Under the pieces are notes generated by a model. The model was not told the origin of the DNA, ran no database searches, and worked only from the letters and a program-made list of their open reading frames with translations. Below are positions 7,712 to 17,458 of a stretch of 52,935 bases of DNA, piece after piece. The position numbers were made by a program, and so were the translations under genes. The stretch lies in the NCBI GenBank assembly GCA_024614105.1, contig GCA_024614105.1_4894.1. The stretch is one strand, 5' to 3'. The stretch is from a phage. The stretch's first letter is position 1. The number at the start of each line of letters is the position of its first letter.

Positions 7712-10668
7712 TGCACACGATGTTGCTTAAAGACGGATCAGACCATCGAGCTAATGTCGAAAGCCTTATCGAAGGTCACCACCATTTTCTTGAGCGCAAT
7801 ACTGGCAGAACTGACGACGCTACGCGTCAGCATTATATCTTCAACCCAGAAGGAGTAGTGTCGAACAACCGCCATTTTATTGCGCACACCATGATGGAGT
7901 ACCAACCTAACGGTGATGCTCCGTCTGAAAGTCAGTCGCTGCTAATACTCGGCGAAATTCACGCGTACCTTGCTACTAAGGAACAGCGGTACCTTGACAA
8001 AGCAATTGAGTACTTCAATGCTTACGTCAAGTACTATTACGAGGGGGACCCAATCCCTGATACTCCTCGTCGCTGGATCGCTAACTGGCTTTGTAATGGC
8101 AAAGAGCCTGTGCTAGCCAGCTTCCCAATCAACCCTGTTTCACCGACACAAGGCGGCTATAAAAATGTGCCAGTTAAATTTGTTAACGGCAAAGCACAAA
8201 TCCCTCATGGTTCTCCTTTCTGGGGCGAGTACCTGGATGTTGCTACTTGGGCCCACAGGGGGCACATGGCTTGGCCTGCTATTAATGGTGGTGTCCGTGT
8301 TATTAAAAATAAAGTTGACTGGGACGATATTTACAACAATTACCGCATCACTACCATGCCAGCTGACCCGTGGAATCAGTTAGCCTGGATTGACTGGCCG
8401 AGGTATCTGGGTGAACCAAGCTACACTGTGGACTGGTCAGCGGCCGAACCTCCTGTACATCTCATCGAGTATATTGTTGCATGGACCAATAACAAGATTG
8501 GTGTTCTGCCTGGCAAAAATGATGAGCTATGGGGAGGCGAGATTCTTGAGACTGGACTTCCTGACTCTCGCAGAGGTGAGATTCAACTCCGTGACCATAC
8601 TGTCAACGGTGTGTATCTGCTTAACTACGCCGTTAAACTTCCTGTTGAACACGGTGGTTATTTGCTTAAGCGAAATGAAGTATGGCACAACAGACCTGTA
8701 AACGTTCCACTGTACGGCGAGCTTCAGCGGGGTAATGCTGCGGATGCTGAGTTGTGGTTCTGCGACTGCTGCTATATGCTGTGGCGAATTACTAAAGAGC
8801 AAAAGTATTACAACGCTTGGCGAGCTGTCCTGTTTACACTGGAGGAGTATATTGATATTGATAAACAAGACCAGTTCTTCCGTCAAGACTCTCACGCGTC
8901 ATCTCCGTTTACTGATGGCATCTCTTATGATTGGTCTTATCCTGAACTGGCACAAGCTATATATTCACGTGATGAAAATGGTTATATAGTTCTACGTCAG
9001 AACGAAAAAGCTCAATCATCTTTGGAGCAGCAGGCTGTATGGTTTAAGTGTAAGCCAACAGCTAAGATACGTACAGAGGTTGGTGGCAAAGATGATGCTG
9101 GTCAGAATATCAGTGTCAAGGTGGAAATGTACATGAACCGTGAAAAGGTTGACGTTGAGCAAAACATCTATCGTTTTGTCACACAGCTACCTGCTCTTGG
9201 TGCTTCACCTGCTAACTACGACATTCCGTTAAGCGATTTTGTCGCAGGTACTAAGCCAGACGGTTCTGAGTATATCTTAGCTGATATTCGTTCATCCACT
9301 GATTATGGCAACGCCACTATTGCAGTGTCTTACCGTACTGACATACTTGACAACAGACGTGGCAACACTGTCCGTATGACAATACCGGATAGTTCGTCAG
9401 GTGCCATTATAGGCTTTTGGCTACTGGAATCTTCCCAGGCACCTTTAAACTCGCTGACGTATACTTCTACAGGTCCGTTGTGCATCAAAGTAACTGACGC
9501 GCAAGGCTGGAGTTGGATACGTGATTTACCTGCCGCACCAGGCTGGGTAACTCAGCAGATTCGTACGTGGGAGTTCAGACTAGCGTCATACCAGGAAAAC
9601 ACAGGTACACCACCTACCAGCCCACAATTCGGCGAGATTAAGCAGTTCTCGTTTGTACTGCCTGATGGTGTTAATACGTCGACAAGTATTAGCTGGTACT
9701 GTGTGAATGATGTTCCGCCTCGCTATAACTGGCCAATTGGTTATACGATTAAGTACCGTCTTACTTTCTCGGCTGATAACCCGTACACAGCTAAGCTTGG
9801 CGACTGTACTGTGCTGGACTATGAGAATGATAACCTTGCTTACACGCCAGGTGTTATTCCGTTCTCCAACATTTATAACCCTGATTCTAAGCAGTTCGAT
9901 GGTTGGCACGGTATACCTTACCCTGGCTACCAGTATCCGTTTGTCTTTACACATGACGATACTGCAGCAGGTACAATCAGGCTGAACAACATGGTTAACT
10001 TTTTGTACGATTCTCAGCAATGGTACTTTAAGAAGTTTGGTCAGCTAGGTCCTGGTGCATCTGCTTTTATCTGGAACCGTTGGGATAACTTTAAATACGG
10101 TGTACCTGATACGTTTACCATGTATCACTGGGGTAATGGTAGTGCATGGTCAGGTTACCAGCCTCGTGCTTATTTCTCCGCAGCACGTGGATGGTATGAG
10201 CTAGTAAACCGCGGTAAGCCAGTTCCGAGTAAGCTTATTGCTTATGTGGATAACTGGTCAAAATGGTTGCTTGACTTCATGGAAAGGTCAGGAGGTGTGT
10301 CACCTTCTAACTTCCCGCAAGAAGGTGTTGCTCTGCCCGTCCCTTCAGACTTCACAGGTCACATGTGCGGACTGTGGCTTGCTGGTGCAGCTATGTCAGC
10401 CCTTTGTGGGTCAACAGTATCAGGGCTTGATAAGCTGATGGACATGCTTGTCAATGAGCTGGAAGACCATTACGACATAACTGGTATTCCGGGGCATGTA
10501 ATGGATGGTGGTTGGTCACCAGCGTTACGCCTTGAAACTGGTTCAGGACCTGAAAGCAACGCCATGTACTATGGTTTTTACTCTGGCGAAATATTACGAG
10601 GGTTGGGCTTATACCTGCTGTACAAAAACAAAGGGGCTAAAGCAGATATTTATGATTTAGGCCCGTAA
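7711..10668 (+). CDS. large Trp/Tyr-rich virion-associated protein of unknown function
   Basis: 985 aa uninterrupted ORF, RBS GGTGGA; lies between head-completion genes and the Ig-like protein genes; no motif recognised by eye. Confidence 0.55.
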   Translation: MHTMLLKDGSDHRANVESLIEGHHHFLERNTGRTDDATRQHYIFNPEGVVSNNRHFIAHTMMEYQPNGDAPSESQSLLILGEIHAYLATKEQRYLDKAIEYFNAYVKYYYEGDPIPDTPRRWIANWLCNGKEPVLASFPINPVSPTQGGYKNVPVKFVNGKAQIPHGSPFWGEYLDVATWAHRGHMAWPAINGGVRVIKNKVDWDDIYNNYRITTMPADPWNQLAWIDWPRYLGEPSYTVDWSAAEPPVHLIEYIVAWTNNKIGVLPGKNDELWGGEILETGLPDSRRGEIQLRDHTVNGVYLLNYAVKLPVEHGGYLLKRNEVWHNRPVNVPLYGELQRGNAADAELWFCDCCYMLWRITKEQKYYNAWRAVLFTLEEYIDIDKQDQFFRQDSHASSPFTDGISYDWSYPELAQAIYSRDENGYIVLRQNEKAQSSLEQQAVWFKCKPTAKIRTEVGGKDDAGQNISVKVEMYMNREKVDVEQNIYRFVTQLPALGASPANYDIPLSDFVAGTKPDGSEYILADIRSSTDYGNATIAVSYRTDILDNRRGNTVRMTIPDSSSGAIIGFWLLESSQAPLNSLTYTSTGPLCIKVTDAQGWSWIRDLPAAPGWVTQQIRTWEFRLASYQENTGTPPTSPQFGEIKQFSFVLPDGVNTSTSISWYCVNDVPPRYNWPIGYTIKYRLTFSADNPYTAKLGDCTVLDYENDNLAYTPGVIPFSNIYNPDSKQFDGWHGIPYPGYQYPFVFTHDDTAAGTIRLNNMVNFLYDSQQWYFKKFGQLGPGASAFIWNRWDNFKYGVPDTFTMYHWGNGSAWSGYQPRAYFSAARGWYELVNRGKPVPSKLIAYVDNWSKWLLDFMERSGGVSPSNFPQEGVALPVPSDFTGHMCGLWLAGAAMSALCGSTVSGLDKLMDMLVNELEDHYDITGIPGHVMDGGWSPALRLETGSGPESNAMYYGFYSGEILRGLGLYLLYKNKGAKADIYDLGP

Positions 10669-10674
10669 CCACTA

Positions 10675-10703
10675 TTTACTTAACCGAGGCGCCAGCCTAT
10701 AAT
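10675..10703 (+). promoter_or_regulatory. sigma70-type promoter with the -10 inside an 8-bp inverted repeat
   Basis: -35 TTTACT 10675-10680, -10 TATAAT 10698-10703; flanked by GCGCCAGC / GCTGGCGC. Confidence 0.5.
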
Positions 10704-10735
10704 AAGCTGGCGCACCCAATAAGAGGATTCTCCAG

Positions 10736-11374
10736 ATGGCAAATCGTACTACAGCCAACCGTCCTGTTAAAGACGCAGACCTGCGTCAAGAGTCGGTTAC
10801 TCAGTTCCCGTTAGCCAAGCCGACCAAGCTTGATGCGAACGGAAAATTCATTCCAACCCCAGTTACCGGTGTAACTGTTACACCTAAAGCTAAATCAATT
10901 GCTGTTGGTGAGTTTGCTACTCTGACAGCAGCAGTAGCCCCGGCAGACGCAGATGACGTCACCGTATTGTGGGAAAGCGATACACCTGCTAACGCCACTG
11001 TTGATGGTTCAGGTCGTGTACAGGGTATCAAAGTAGGTTCAGCAACTATTACTGCTAAATCCAAGCTTGACCCAGCCAAAACCGATACTGTAGCGATTAC
11101 GGTAACTGCTCCGCCTGTAGCAGTCACTGGTGTTACGTTAGCACCTAAGTCGCCAAGCGTTGTAGTAGGCTCCACTGTACAGCTGACTGCAACTGTACTG
11201 CCTGCTGGCGCTACTAACAAAGCTGTTACCTACGAATCAAACGACCAGTCTAAAGCTACCGTCAGTGCAACTGGTCTGGTGACCGGTAAAGCAGCTGGTG
11301 TCGTCACCATCACTGTCAAAACAGCTGATGGCAGCTTCACTGATACCGCGTCAGTAACTGTTACTGCTGAGTAA
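10736..11374 (+). CDS. Ig-like (Big_2-type) domain protein
   Basis: 212 aa with two repeats of the pattern VTGVT..P....(V/L)..G.T.QL.A.V.P..AT.K.VT(W/Y)ES....ATV...G.V.G...G..TIT. Confidence 0.65.
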   Translation: MANRTTANRPVKDADLRQESVTQFPLAKPTKLDANGKFIPTPVTGVTVTPKAKSIAVGEFATLTAAVAPADADDVTVLWESDTPANATVDGSGRVQGIKVGSATITAKSKLDPAKTDTVAITVTAPPVAVTGVTLAPKSPSVVVGSTVQLTATVLPAGATNKAVTYESNDQSKATVSATGLVTGKAAGVVTITVKTADGSFTDTASVTVTAE

Positions 11375-11382
11375 GGAGCTGA

Positions 11383-13515
11383 TTGATGTCGCTTCCACTT
11401 AATGAGGTTGTCGACGTCCAGTTCAGTAAGAGCAACGGGGGTAAAGGTTTTACCCCCAATGTTCCGCTGGAAGGTATAATGCTTTCCAACTACGAGTACT
11501 CAATCGTCGCGGGTGATGACCCTGTTCAGCTAGTTGTGCGTTACATTCCAACCAATGCTACTGAGCGTGGTATGGCGTGGAAATCTAGCGACCCGGACAT
11601 TATCACTGTTGATGAGCTCGGATTTGTGAAGCCACTGGCGGAAGGTGTTGCATACGTGACTGGTACGTCTGTTGACGGCGGTTATACAGTACGAGCAAAG
11701 TTTAACATTGCTCGGGCACCTATCCTTGTTGAATCTGTTACAGTGTCTCCCACAAGTGTGACGCTTGAAGAGGGTAAGACTCAACGTCTTACATACACCT
11801 ATTTACCTGCTAATGCAGACAAACCTGACTTCTACTGGATTTCAGACGATGAGTCTGTTGCTGTTGTTAACGACAGCGGGCTTGTCACTGCCATTGGGGA
11901 TGGTGAAACAACTGTAAACGTACAGTACGGTGTTGATAGCTCTATATTCGATAGCTGTACCGTAACTGTTATTCCGCCTATTGTACACGTTACAGGAGTT
12001 GAGTTTCTTACTCAATCGCCTCTTAACGTTAACATCGGAAGCACAGCTGGTACTAGTATTCGTATATCGCCAGAAGATGCCACTGACAAAACAGTGACAT
12101 ACGAAAGCAGTGCGCCTACTGTAGCAACTGTGGATACCGACGGAAATGTTACTGGCGTTATAGCTGGTAATGCCACTGTGACTGTTAAGACGAATGATGG
12201 TGATAAGACTGCTACTCTTGATATTATAGTCAGGGTGCCTGCTGTAAATGTTACCGGTGTAAGTATTGACGAAGGCGATACAGCTTCCATGGAAGTTGGA
12301 GACACTCTCCAGCTGCATGCCACTGTAACTCCTGAAAATGCTACTGACCCGTCTGTTGTATGGAGTGCTCCTGTATCAGAAGTTGCGTCTGTGACTGAAG
12401 CTGGTTTGGTAACCGCTAACGCTGCAGGCTTAATTGATGTTACTGTTATCACTAACGACGGGAACTTTACTGATAGAATCGAGGTTAAAGTTACAGACCC
12501 CAGCATCGCAGTTACGGATGTTGCATGGGCTCCTGACTCTCCGACTAAAGTAAGTGCCGGCCATCAGGTGCAGACTAAAATTGTTATAACACCTGACAAC
12601 GCAACCAACAAAAAAGTTAGCTATAATAGCTCAAACCCAGACGCTGTTACTGTTGATACTAACGGAGTTATATACGGTCAGTCTCCTGGAACTTCGACTA
12701 TTACAGTTACAACAGACGACGGTGGACTTGAGGCTTCGTTTGTAGCGACTTGCACGGAGGTTGCTGTTATTACACCAGATGGCCTTGGTGGTATTCCAGT
12801 CGGTGGTACTCAGCAATTCACTTTCACAGTTAGCCCGTCTGATGCTGAGCTGACTAACATTCGTTATGAGTCTGCTAACCCAGATATTGCAACTGTTGAC
12901 TCGTCTGGCGTTGTAACTGGTGTTGCTAGCGGCGGATGTAACATCTGGATTTATGCAACTAGCAATGGTGCGGACATTAGTGCAGCTACTTGGGCACAAA
13001 TTTCTGAGAAGGTGCAGGTATACCCTCAGTATGCCGAATGGCTTGTGGGTAACACCAAACAGCTTGATGTTGAGATTTATCCGTCTGACTCTAAGAGCGT
13101 TACTGTTACTTATGAATCGTCAAATGACGCTATCATTAGTGTAGATGCAAATGGCTTGATGACTGCTAAGTCTGAAGGTTCAGCAACTATTACTGCTAAC
13201 GTTGTGATGAACGGTGTTGCTGCTTCTGGTACAACATCTCCTTACGTGTCTGAGCTTTCTGTTACTACTGATTCGCTGCCTGCACTTACTGTTGGCAACA
13301 CGCAGCAGCTGGTTGTAACTGTTAGACCTGAATACGCTAAGACAGACCCAGGCTATAACATTCAGTATACAACTACAGACGATACTGTCGCTGCTGTAAG
13401 TAATACCGGTGTTATTACTGGCGTTGGTAACGGTGGATGTCGTATTGGTGCCACAGTAACTGTGAGAAATGCTACAGCGTCGGACAGCTCTTATCAGTCC
13501 GTCGATGCAGCATAA
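11383..13515 (+). CDS. multi-domain Ig-like (Big_2-type) protein, possible decoration or fibre protein
   Basis: 710 aa containing roughly seven or eight diverged copies of the same ~85-aa Ig-like repeat; RBS AAGGAG. Confidence 0.65.
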   Translation: MMSLPLNEVVDVQFSKSNGGKGFTPNVPLEGIMLSNYEYSIVAGDDPVQLVVRYIPTNATERGMAWKSSDPDIITVDELGFVKPLAEGVAYVTGTSVDGGYTVRAKFNIARAPILVESVTVSPTSVTLEEGKTQRLTYTYLPANADKPDFYWISDDESVAVVNDSGLVTAIGDGETTVNVQYGVDSSIFDSCTVTVIPPIVHVTGVEFLTQSPLNVNIGSTAGTSIRISPEDATDKTVTYESSAPTVATVDTDGNVTGVIAGNATVTVKTNDGDKTATLDIIVRVPAVNVTGVSIDEGDTASMEVGDTLQLHATVTPENATDPSVVWSAPVSEVASVTEAGLVTANAAGLIDVTVITNDGNFTDRIEVKVTDPSIAVTDVAWAPDSPTKVSAGHQVQTKIVITPDNATNKKVSYNSSNPDAVTVDTNGVIYGQSPGTSTITVTTDDGGLEASFVATCTEVAVITPDGLGGIPVGGTQQFTFTVSPSDAELTNIRYESANPDIATVDSSGVVTGVASGGCNIWIYATSNGADISAATWAQISEKVQVYPQYAEWLVGNTKQLDVEIYPSDSKSVTVTYESSNDAIISVDANGLMTAKSEGSATITANVVMNGVAASGTTSPYVSELSVTTDSLPALTVGNTQQLVVTVRPEYAKTDPGYNIQYTTTDDTVAAVSNTGVITGVGNGGCRIGATVTVRNATASDSSYQSVDAA

Positions 13516-13540
13516 AAATTAATTAACTTTGCACTGGCCA

Positions 13541-13569
13541 TTTACTTGGTTAAACTTACTGAGTATAAT
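13541..13569 (+). promoter_or_regulatory. sigma70-type promoter (TTTACT-N17-TATAAT)
   Basis: -35 13541-13546, -10 13564-13569, upstream of sheath-like gene; flanked by TGGCCA...TGGCC. Confidence 0.55.
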
Positions 13570-13601
13570 GGCCGGAAAGTCCACCCAAGAGGTAAACAAA
13601 A

Positions 13602-14741
13602 ATGCCGTTGAATGTAAACCAGATTGTAAACGTTCAACTGAACAACACTCCAACTGGTATCAGCAAAGGTGACTTCGGTAAGCTGGCTCTTTTAACTCAG
13701 GACCCTGGCACTGCTTTTCCTGACAGCGACAACGGACACTATGTTGAAATCGGCAGCTACTCTGAAGCCGAGTCTTATTGGGGTACTGGTTCAGTTGTAC
13801 TTGGCGCGCTGAAGATTTTCTTTGCACAATCTCCGCGTCCTCGTTCAGTAGTTATCGCCTCATGGAGCAACACCTCTACTCTGGATGCGGCTATTAAAGC
13901 ATTCAACGATGTGTATCCTGACTGGTATGTTCTGCGTCCGCTTCCGCCTACTGGTGAGCTGTCTGACAAGGACATCGATTTGCTGGCGTCAACTGTTGCT
14001 GCCTACGATAAAAAACGTTGCAGCTACACTACCACTAAAGCAACTCATATTGAAAACAGCGACTCCAACCCGATTAAAGTTCTGGCTGGTAAAGGCTACA
14101 ACAATATGTGGCTTCAGTACGATAAGAACAACCAACACTATGCAGACATTTCTGCTATGGCGCGTGCTCTGTCTGTTAACTTCTCTGGTAACCGCACTAC
14201 TATTACCATGAAGTTCAAACAAGAGCCTGGTATTACACCGAACAACACTTTAACGCTCACTGAAGCTAACAAGTGTAAGGCGCTGGGTATTAACTGGTAC
14301 ACCTACTACAGCACCTTTGCTATGCTTGCAGAAGGTACTGTCCTCGGTACGTCCAAGCCGCCACGCTTCTGGGATGAAGTACATGGTCTCGACTGGTTCT
14401 GTAATGCTGTCCAGACTTACGTCTTCAACTCAATCGCTACGTCACCCACGAAGGTGCCGCAGACGAACAAAGGTCACGAGCGCCTTACCGGTGCTGCAGC
14501 TGTTGCTTGTCAGCAGGCTGTCGACAACGGCTTGGTTGCACCTGGTATCTGGTACGGTGATGAGTTTGGTACACTGTCTTATGGTGACCGACTCGAAACA
14601 GGTTTCTACATCTACATCCCTGACGTAGATGACCAGCCTCTGGATGAGCGTGAAGCTCGTCAGGCCGTTGTAATGCAAATCGCGATTAAGCTGGCTGGTG
14701 CAATCCACTCCAGTGACATCCTGATTAACTTCACTCGCTAA
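13602..14741 (+). CDS. putative tail sheath protein
   Basis: 379 aa, first gene of the tail block after a promoter, followed by small tube-like gene, chaperone and tape measure; assignment by gene order. Confidence 0.45.
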   Translation: MPLNVNQIVNVQLNNTPTGISKGDFGKLALLTQDPGTAFPDSDNGHYVEIGSYSEAESYWGTGSVVLGALKIFFAQSPRPRSVVIASWSNTSTLDAAIKAFNDVYPDWYVLRPLPPTGELSDKDIDLLASTVAAYDKKRCSYTTTKATHIENSDSNPIKVLAGKGYNNMWLQYDKNNQHYADISAMARALSVNFSGNRTTITMKFKQEPGITPNNTLTLTEANKCKALGINWYTYYSTFAMLAEGTVLGTSKPPRFWDEVHGLDWFCNAVQTYVFNSIATSPTKVPQTNKGHERLTGAAAVACQQAVDNGLVAPGIWYGDEFGTLSYGDRLETGFYIYIPDVDDQPLDEREARQAVVMQIAIKLAGAIHSSDILINFTR

Positions 14742-14752
14742 GGAGCAGATCA

Positions 14753-15184
14753 ATGATCATCGATTCTTCTGAATGCGTGTTGAGCCTGAATGGTGTTCAG
14801 CTGTCCGACTGGGCAGACGGTGCCGATGTCATTGACGTGCAATGGGTGGACCCAGCTTCCACCTATCTTGCAGGTGCAGATGGCAACGGCATTCAGATTA
14901 TGAACCCGTCCAAAGCCATTAAGCTAACTATCAAGGTTAAGCAAAATGGTCCGGATGCCAAATGGCTTAACGACCAGTACAACCTGCAGCGTAACAACAT
15001 TCGTGGATTTGTCCCGTTTGTGCTGCAAGCCAAAGACCTGCTAAACCAGGATTTGGCATGGGGTAAAAAAGGTTACTTTACCGATGGTTCCCCGTGGACT
15101 CGCGGTAACGGCCATAACCCGACTACCTTCGCTATTGTGTTCCACCAAGGTGGTATGCAGTTGACTGAAGGCTTTGACCAGTAA
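14753..15184 (+). CDS. putative tail tube protein
   Basis: 143 aa, RBS AAGGAG, between sheath-like gene and chaperone gene. Confidence 0.45.
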   Translation: MIIDSSECVLSLNGVQLSDWADGADVIDVQWVDPASTYLAGADGNGIQIMNPSKAIKLTIKVKQNGPDAKWLNDQYNLQRNNIRGFVPFVLQAKDLLNQDLAWGKKGYFTDGSPWTRGNGHNPTTFAIVFHQGGMQLTEGFDQ

Positions 15185-15202
15185 CAATAGAGGAAAGCAC
15201 AA

Positions 15203-15631
15203 ATGACTGAGCCCAAATCATTTGACATCGACGACGTAACGTACAACATGACACTCGCAAACGCGCTGCAAGCCTGGACGGTCCTGAAAAAAGCAGGTAA
15301 GCTGTTCAAAGGCATTGGCAATGCTGACATTGTGGGTAAAGACGGCAAAGTGGACGGTAAGAAAGCGATGCTGGTCCTGTTGGACGCTGTTCTGGAGAAC
15401 GCAGGTTCTGACGAGATGACAGCTATTGAGGAACTAATCTTCCGCAATACTGTTGTTGTAGTTGATGGCAAACCGCGTAAGCTGTCTGACTGTAAAGACC
15501 AACACTTCAACGCACATCGTAGCCATATCTTCGGTGTGCTCAAGGAGGGATTGGTATATCAGTTCGCGGATTTTTTCAAAGGGAATGGCCTGTCAGGTCT
15601 AGCGGGTCTAGCCACGCCCTTGACGAAATAA
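15203..15631 (+). CDS. tail assembly chaperone (short, 0-frame product)
   Basis: 142 aa directly upstream of the tape measure gene; contains slippery heptamer T_TTT_TTC near its 3' end. Confidence 0.5.
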   Translation: MTEPKSFDIDDVTYNMTLANALQAWTVLKKAGKLFKGIGNADIVGKDGKVDGKKAMLVLLDAVLENAGSDEMTAIEELIFRNTVVVVDGKPRKLSDCKDQHFNAHRSHIFGVLKEGLVYQFADFFKGNGLSGLAGLATPLTK

Positions 15632-15813
15632 AACGCAAGCAACAGTCAGGGACGCAAGAAACTGACTGGTTCGTTTGGCTTCCTATTCTCAAGGGTCATG
15701 TGACCCTTGCAGAATTAAAGTCGTCTTACAGCTTGTGTGATTTGTGCGACCTGCATATTGCTATTCTGGACTATGCCGAGTTAGAGGAAATCCATGGCGA
15801 CCATAATCGATAG
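15203..15813 (+). CDS. tail assembly chaperone, predicted -1 frameshifted long isoform
   Basis: After T_TTT_TTC (15571-15577) the -1 frame stays open for 79 codons to TAG at 15811-15813, filling the otherwise noncoding 15632-15793 gap. Confidence 0.45.
15571..15577 (+). other. candidate -1 programmed ribosomal frameshift slippery site (T TTT TTC)
   Basis: X_XXY_YYZ heptamer in the 0 frame (gat ttt ttc) 18 codons before the chaperone stop, in the canonical position between tube and tape-measure genes. Confidence 0.45.
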
Positions 15814-17458
15814 CTTTCTGGTAACGCTTGAGAGTAAAGCTGATAGTTCTGGCTTTGACCTCTTCGACCAGCTGTCCCGCCGTTTTGTGATTACCCTCGG
15901 CGATGTAATCAATCTTGCTGAGCGCGCAGCTGGTGCGCTCGGTAGGATGTTTGCGCCTGCGTTAGAGGCTGACGTACTCGCCGCCAAGATTAAAGGCTTC
16001 GGCTACGACGTTGAGTCGACGTGGAAAACGCTGATGGATATGTCTCTGCAAATGGGTACACCATTCCAGGAGGCACTAGACGGCTTTACTAAACTTAAAT
16101 CGTATGGCGTTGACCCGTTAAACGGTTCGCTACAAATGCTCAAAACAATCACTGCTGCAACAGGCGGTGATTTGGCACGTACCATTGTTGCGTACGGCCA
16201 GGCAACTGCGATGGGTTCATTGCAGGGCCAGGAAAAGAACCAGTTCATTAACGCCGGTGTTGACATCTGGGGCGCATTGTCCCGCTACACTGGTAAGCAA
16301 CTCGGCGAGCTTCAGGATATGATGCGGCAGAAGAAAATTACTGCCGACATACTGACTAGCGCGCTGAAACAAGAAGCCGAACGGCTAAAACCAATTGCCC
16401 ACGAAGTGTCACAGACACTCAAAGCGCAGTTAACTAACCTGAGCACAATTTGGTATGCTGCTCGTTCTAAGATTACCCAGACCCGAGTATGGGATGAGGT
16501 AACTAAAGGCGCGATAAGTATGGTTAAGTCACTCACAACAGTGCTTAACGATACCACACTTACTGCTGCATTTAAAAAGTTCGACGAAGTTGTATTCAAT
16601 ACAATTGAAAACGTAAAACGACTTATCTACGTTATCGGGGATAACTTCCCGTTAATGGTTGCAATAACCTCATACGCGCTGATGTCGCTTATTCCAGTGC
16701 TGGCTAAGGTAGGCAACGCCTTTGTGGGCTTAGCTGCCAAAATACTTATGAATCCGCTCACGTGGATTGTACTGGCTATCGGCGCAGTTATTGCTGTGCT
16801 TGCTGACCTCGATGACGCTCTGGCAGGACGTGAGACAGTTGTTAAGTGGTCAAAAGATGTTGTAGCCGCATGGGGAATTGTCAAGCAGTATATCGTAGTT
16901 ATTGCAGACTTTATTCTGTCAATATTTGACGGCCGTTTATGGAACAAACTCGGTAACTGGTGGCAAGGTTTCCTCGGCGAAGTTAAGCAAGGCATAGAGC
17001 AAATAAAGCTGTGGTTGTCTGAAGCGCTTTACCAGCTACCTGGCGGTAAGTTCCTGATGGCGTTGTTTGGTAAGCTCGATTCTACACTTGGCTTTGCTGG
17101 CAACAAACTTGTGACAGGTGCTGAGGCTACTGTTAATGCCGTGTCGCCTACCACTGAGCAGGGTGGAAGCTTCTGGAGTAGGGCACTCAACTGGTCTATG
17201 CGTAACTTCAACCCTATCACAGGGGAGATGACAGCTGGTGGTCAGGCTATGCAGTCAGCCATAAATACTGCTAAGCAAAGCCAGCAGCAGCAGAACGCAA
17301 CTGTTATCCACCAGGATAATAGCGTTAAAGTTGATGCTACTATTACAGGTGTACAGAACCCACAAGAAGTAGGTCGTGAGGTCAATGACCAGGTCAAACA
17401 GGCGCAGAAAGAGAATGCTACTGTAAGGGCTAACAACAAAACGGCGGTAACACAATGA
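15794..17458 (+). CDS. tail tape measure protein
   Basis: 554 aa; helical N-terminal half, hydrophobic segment (PLMVAITSYALMSLIPVLAKVG...IVLAIGAVIAVLA), follows the chaperone; RBS AGAGGA. Confidence 0.55.
   Translation: MATIIDSFLVTLESKADSSGFDLFDQLSRRFVITLGDVINLAERAAGALGRMFAPALEADVLAAKIKGFGYDVESTWKTLMDMSLQMGTPFQEALDGFTKLKSYGVDPLNGSLQMLKTITAATGGDLARTIVAYGQATAMGSLQGQEKNQFINAGVDIWGALSRYTGKQLGELQDMMRQKKITADILTSALKQEAERLKPIAHEVSQTLKAQLTNLSTIWYAARSKITQTRVWDEVTKGAISMVKSLTTVLNDTTLTAAFKKFDEVVFNTIENVKRLIYVIGDNFPLMVAITSYALMSLIPVLAKVGNAFVGLAAKILMNPLTWIVLAIGAVIAVLADLDDALAGRETVVKWSKDVVAAWGIVKQYIVVIADFILSIFDGRLWNKLGNWWQGFLGEVKQGIEQIKLWLSEALYQLPGGKFLMALFGKLDSTLGFAGNKLVTGAEATVNAVSPTTEQGGSFWSRALNWSMRNFNPITGEMTAGGQAMQSAINTAKQSQQQQNATVIHQDNSVKVDATITGVQNPQEVGREVNDQVKQAQKENATVRANNKTAVTQ

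Noticed and set aside
7711-10668. 985-aa ORF as a single-subunit RNA polymerase
   Set aside because: It is shorter than typical T7-like RNA polymerases and I saw none of the palm-domain Asp motifs by eye; promoters throughout are host sigma70-like.
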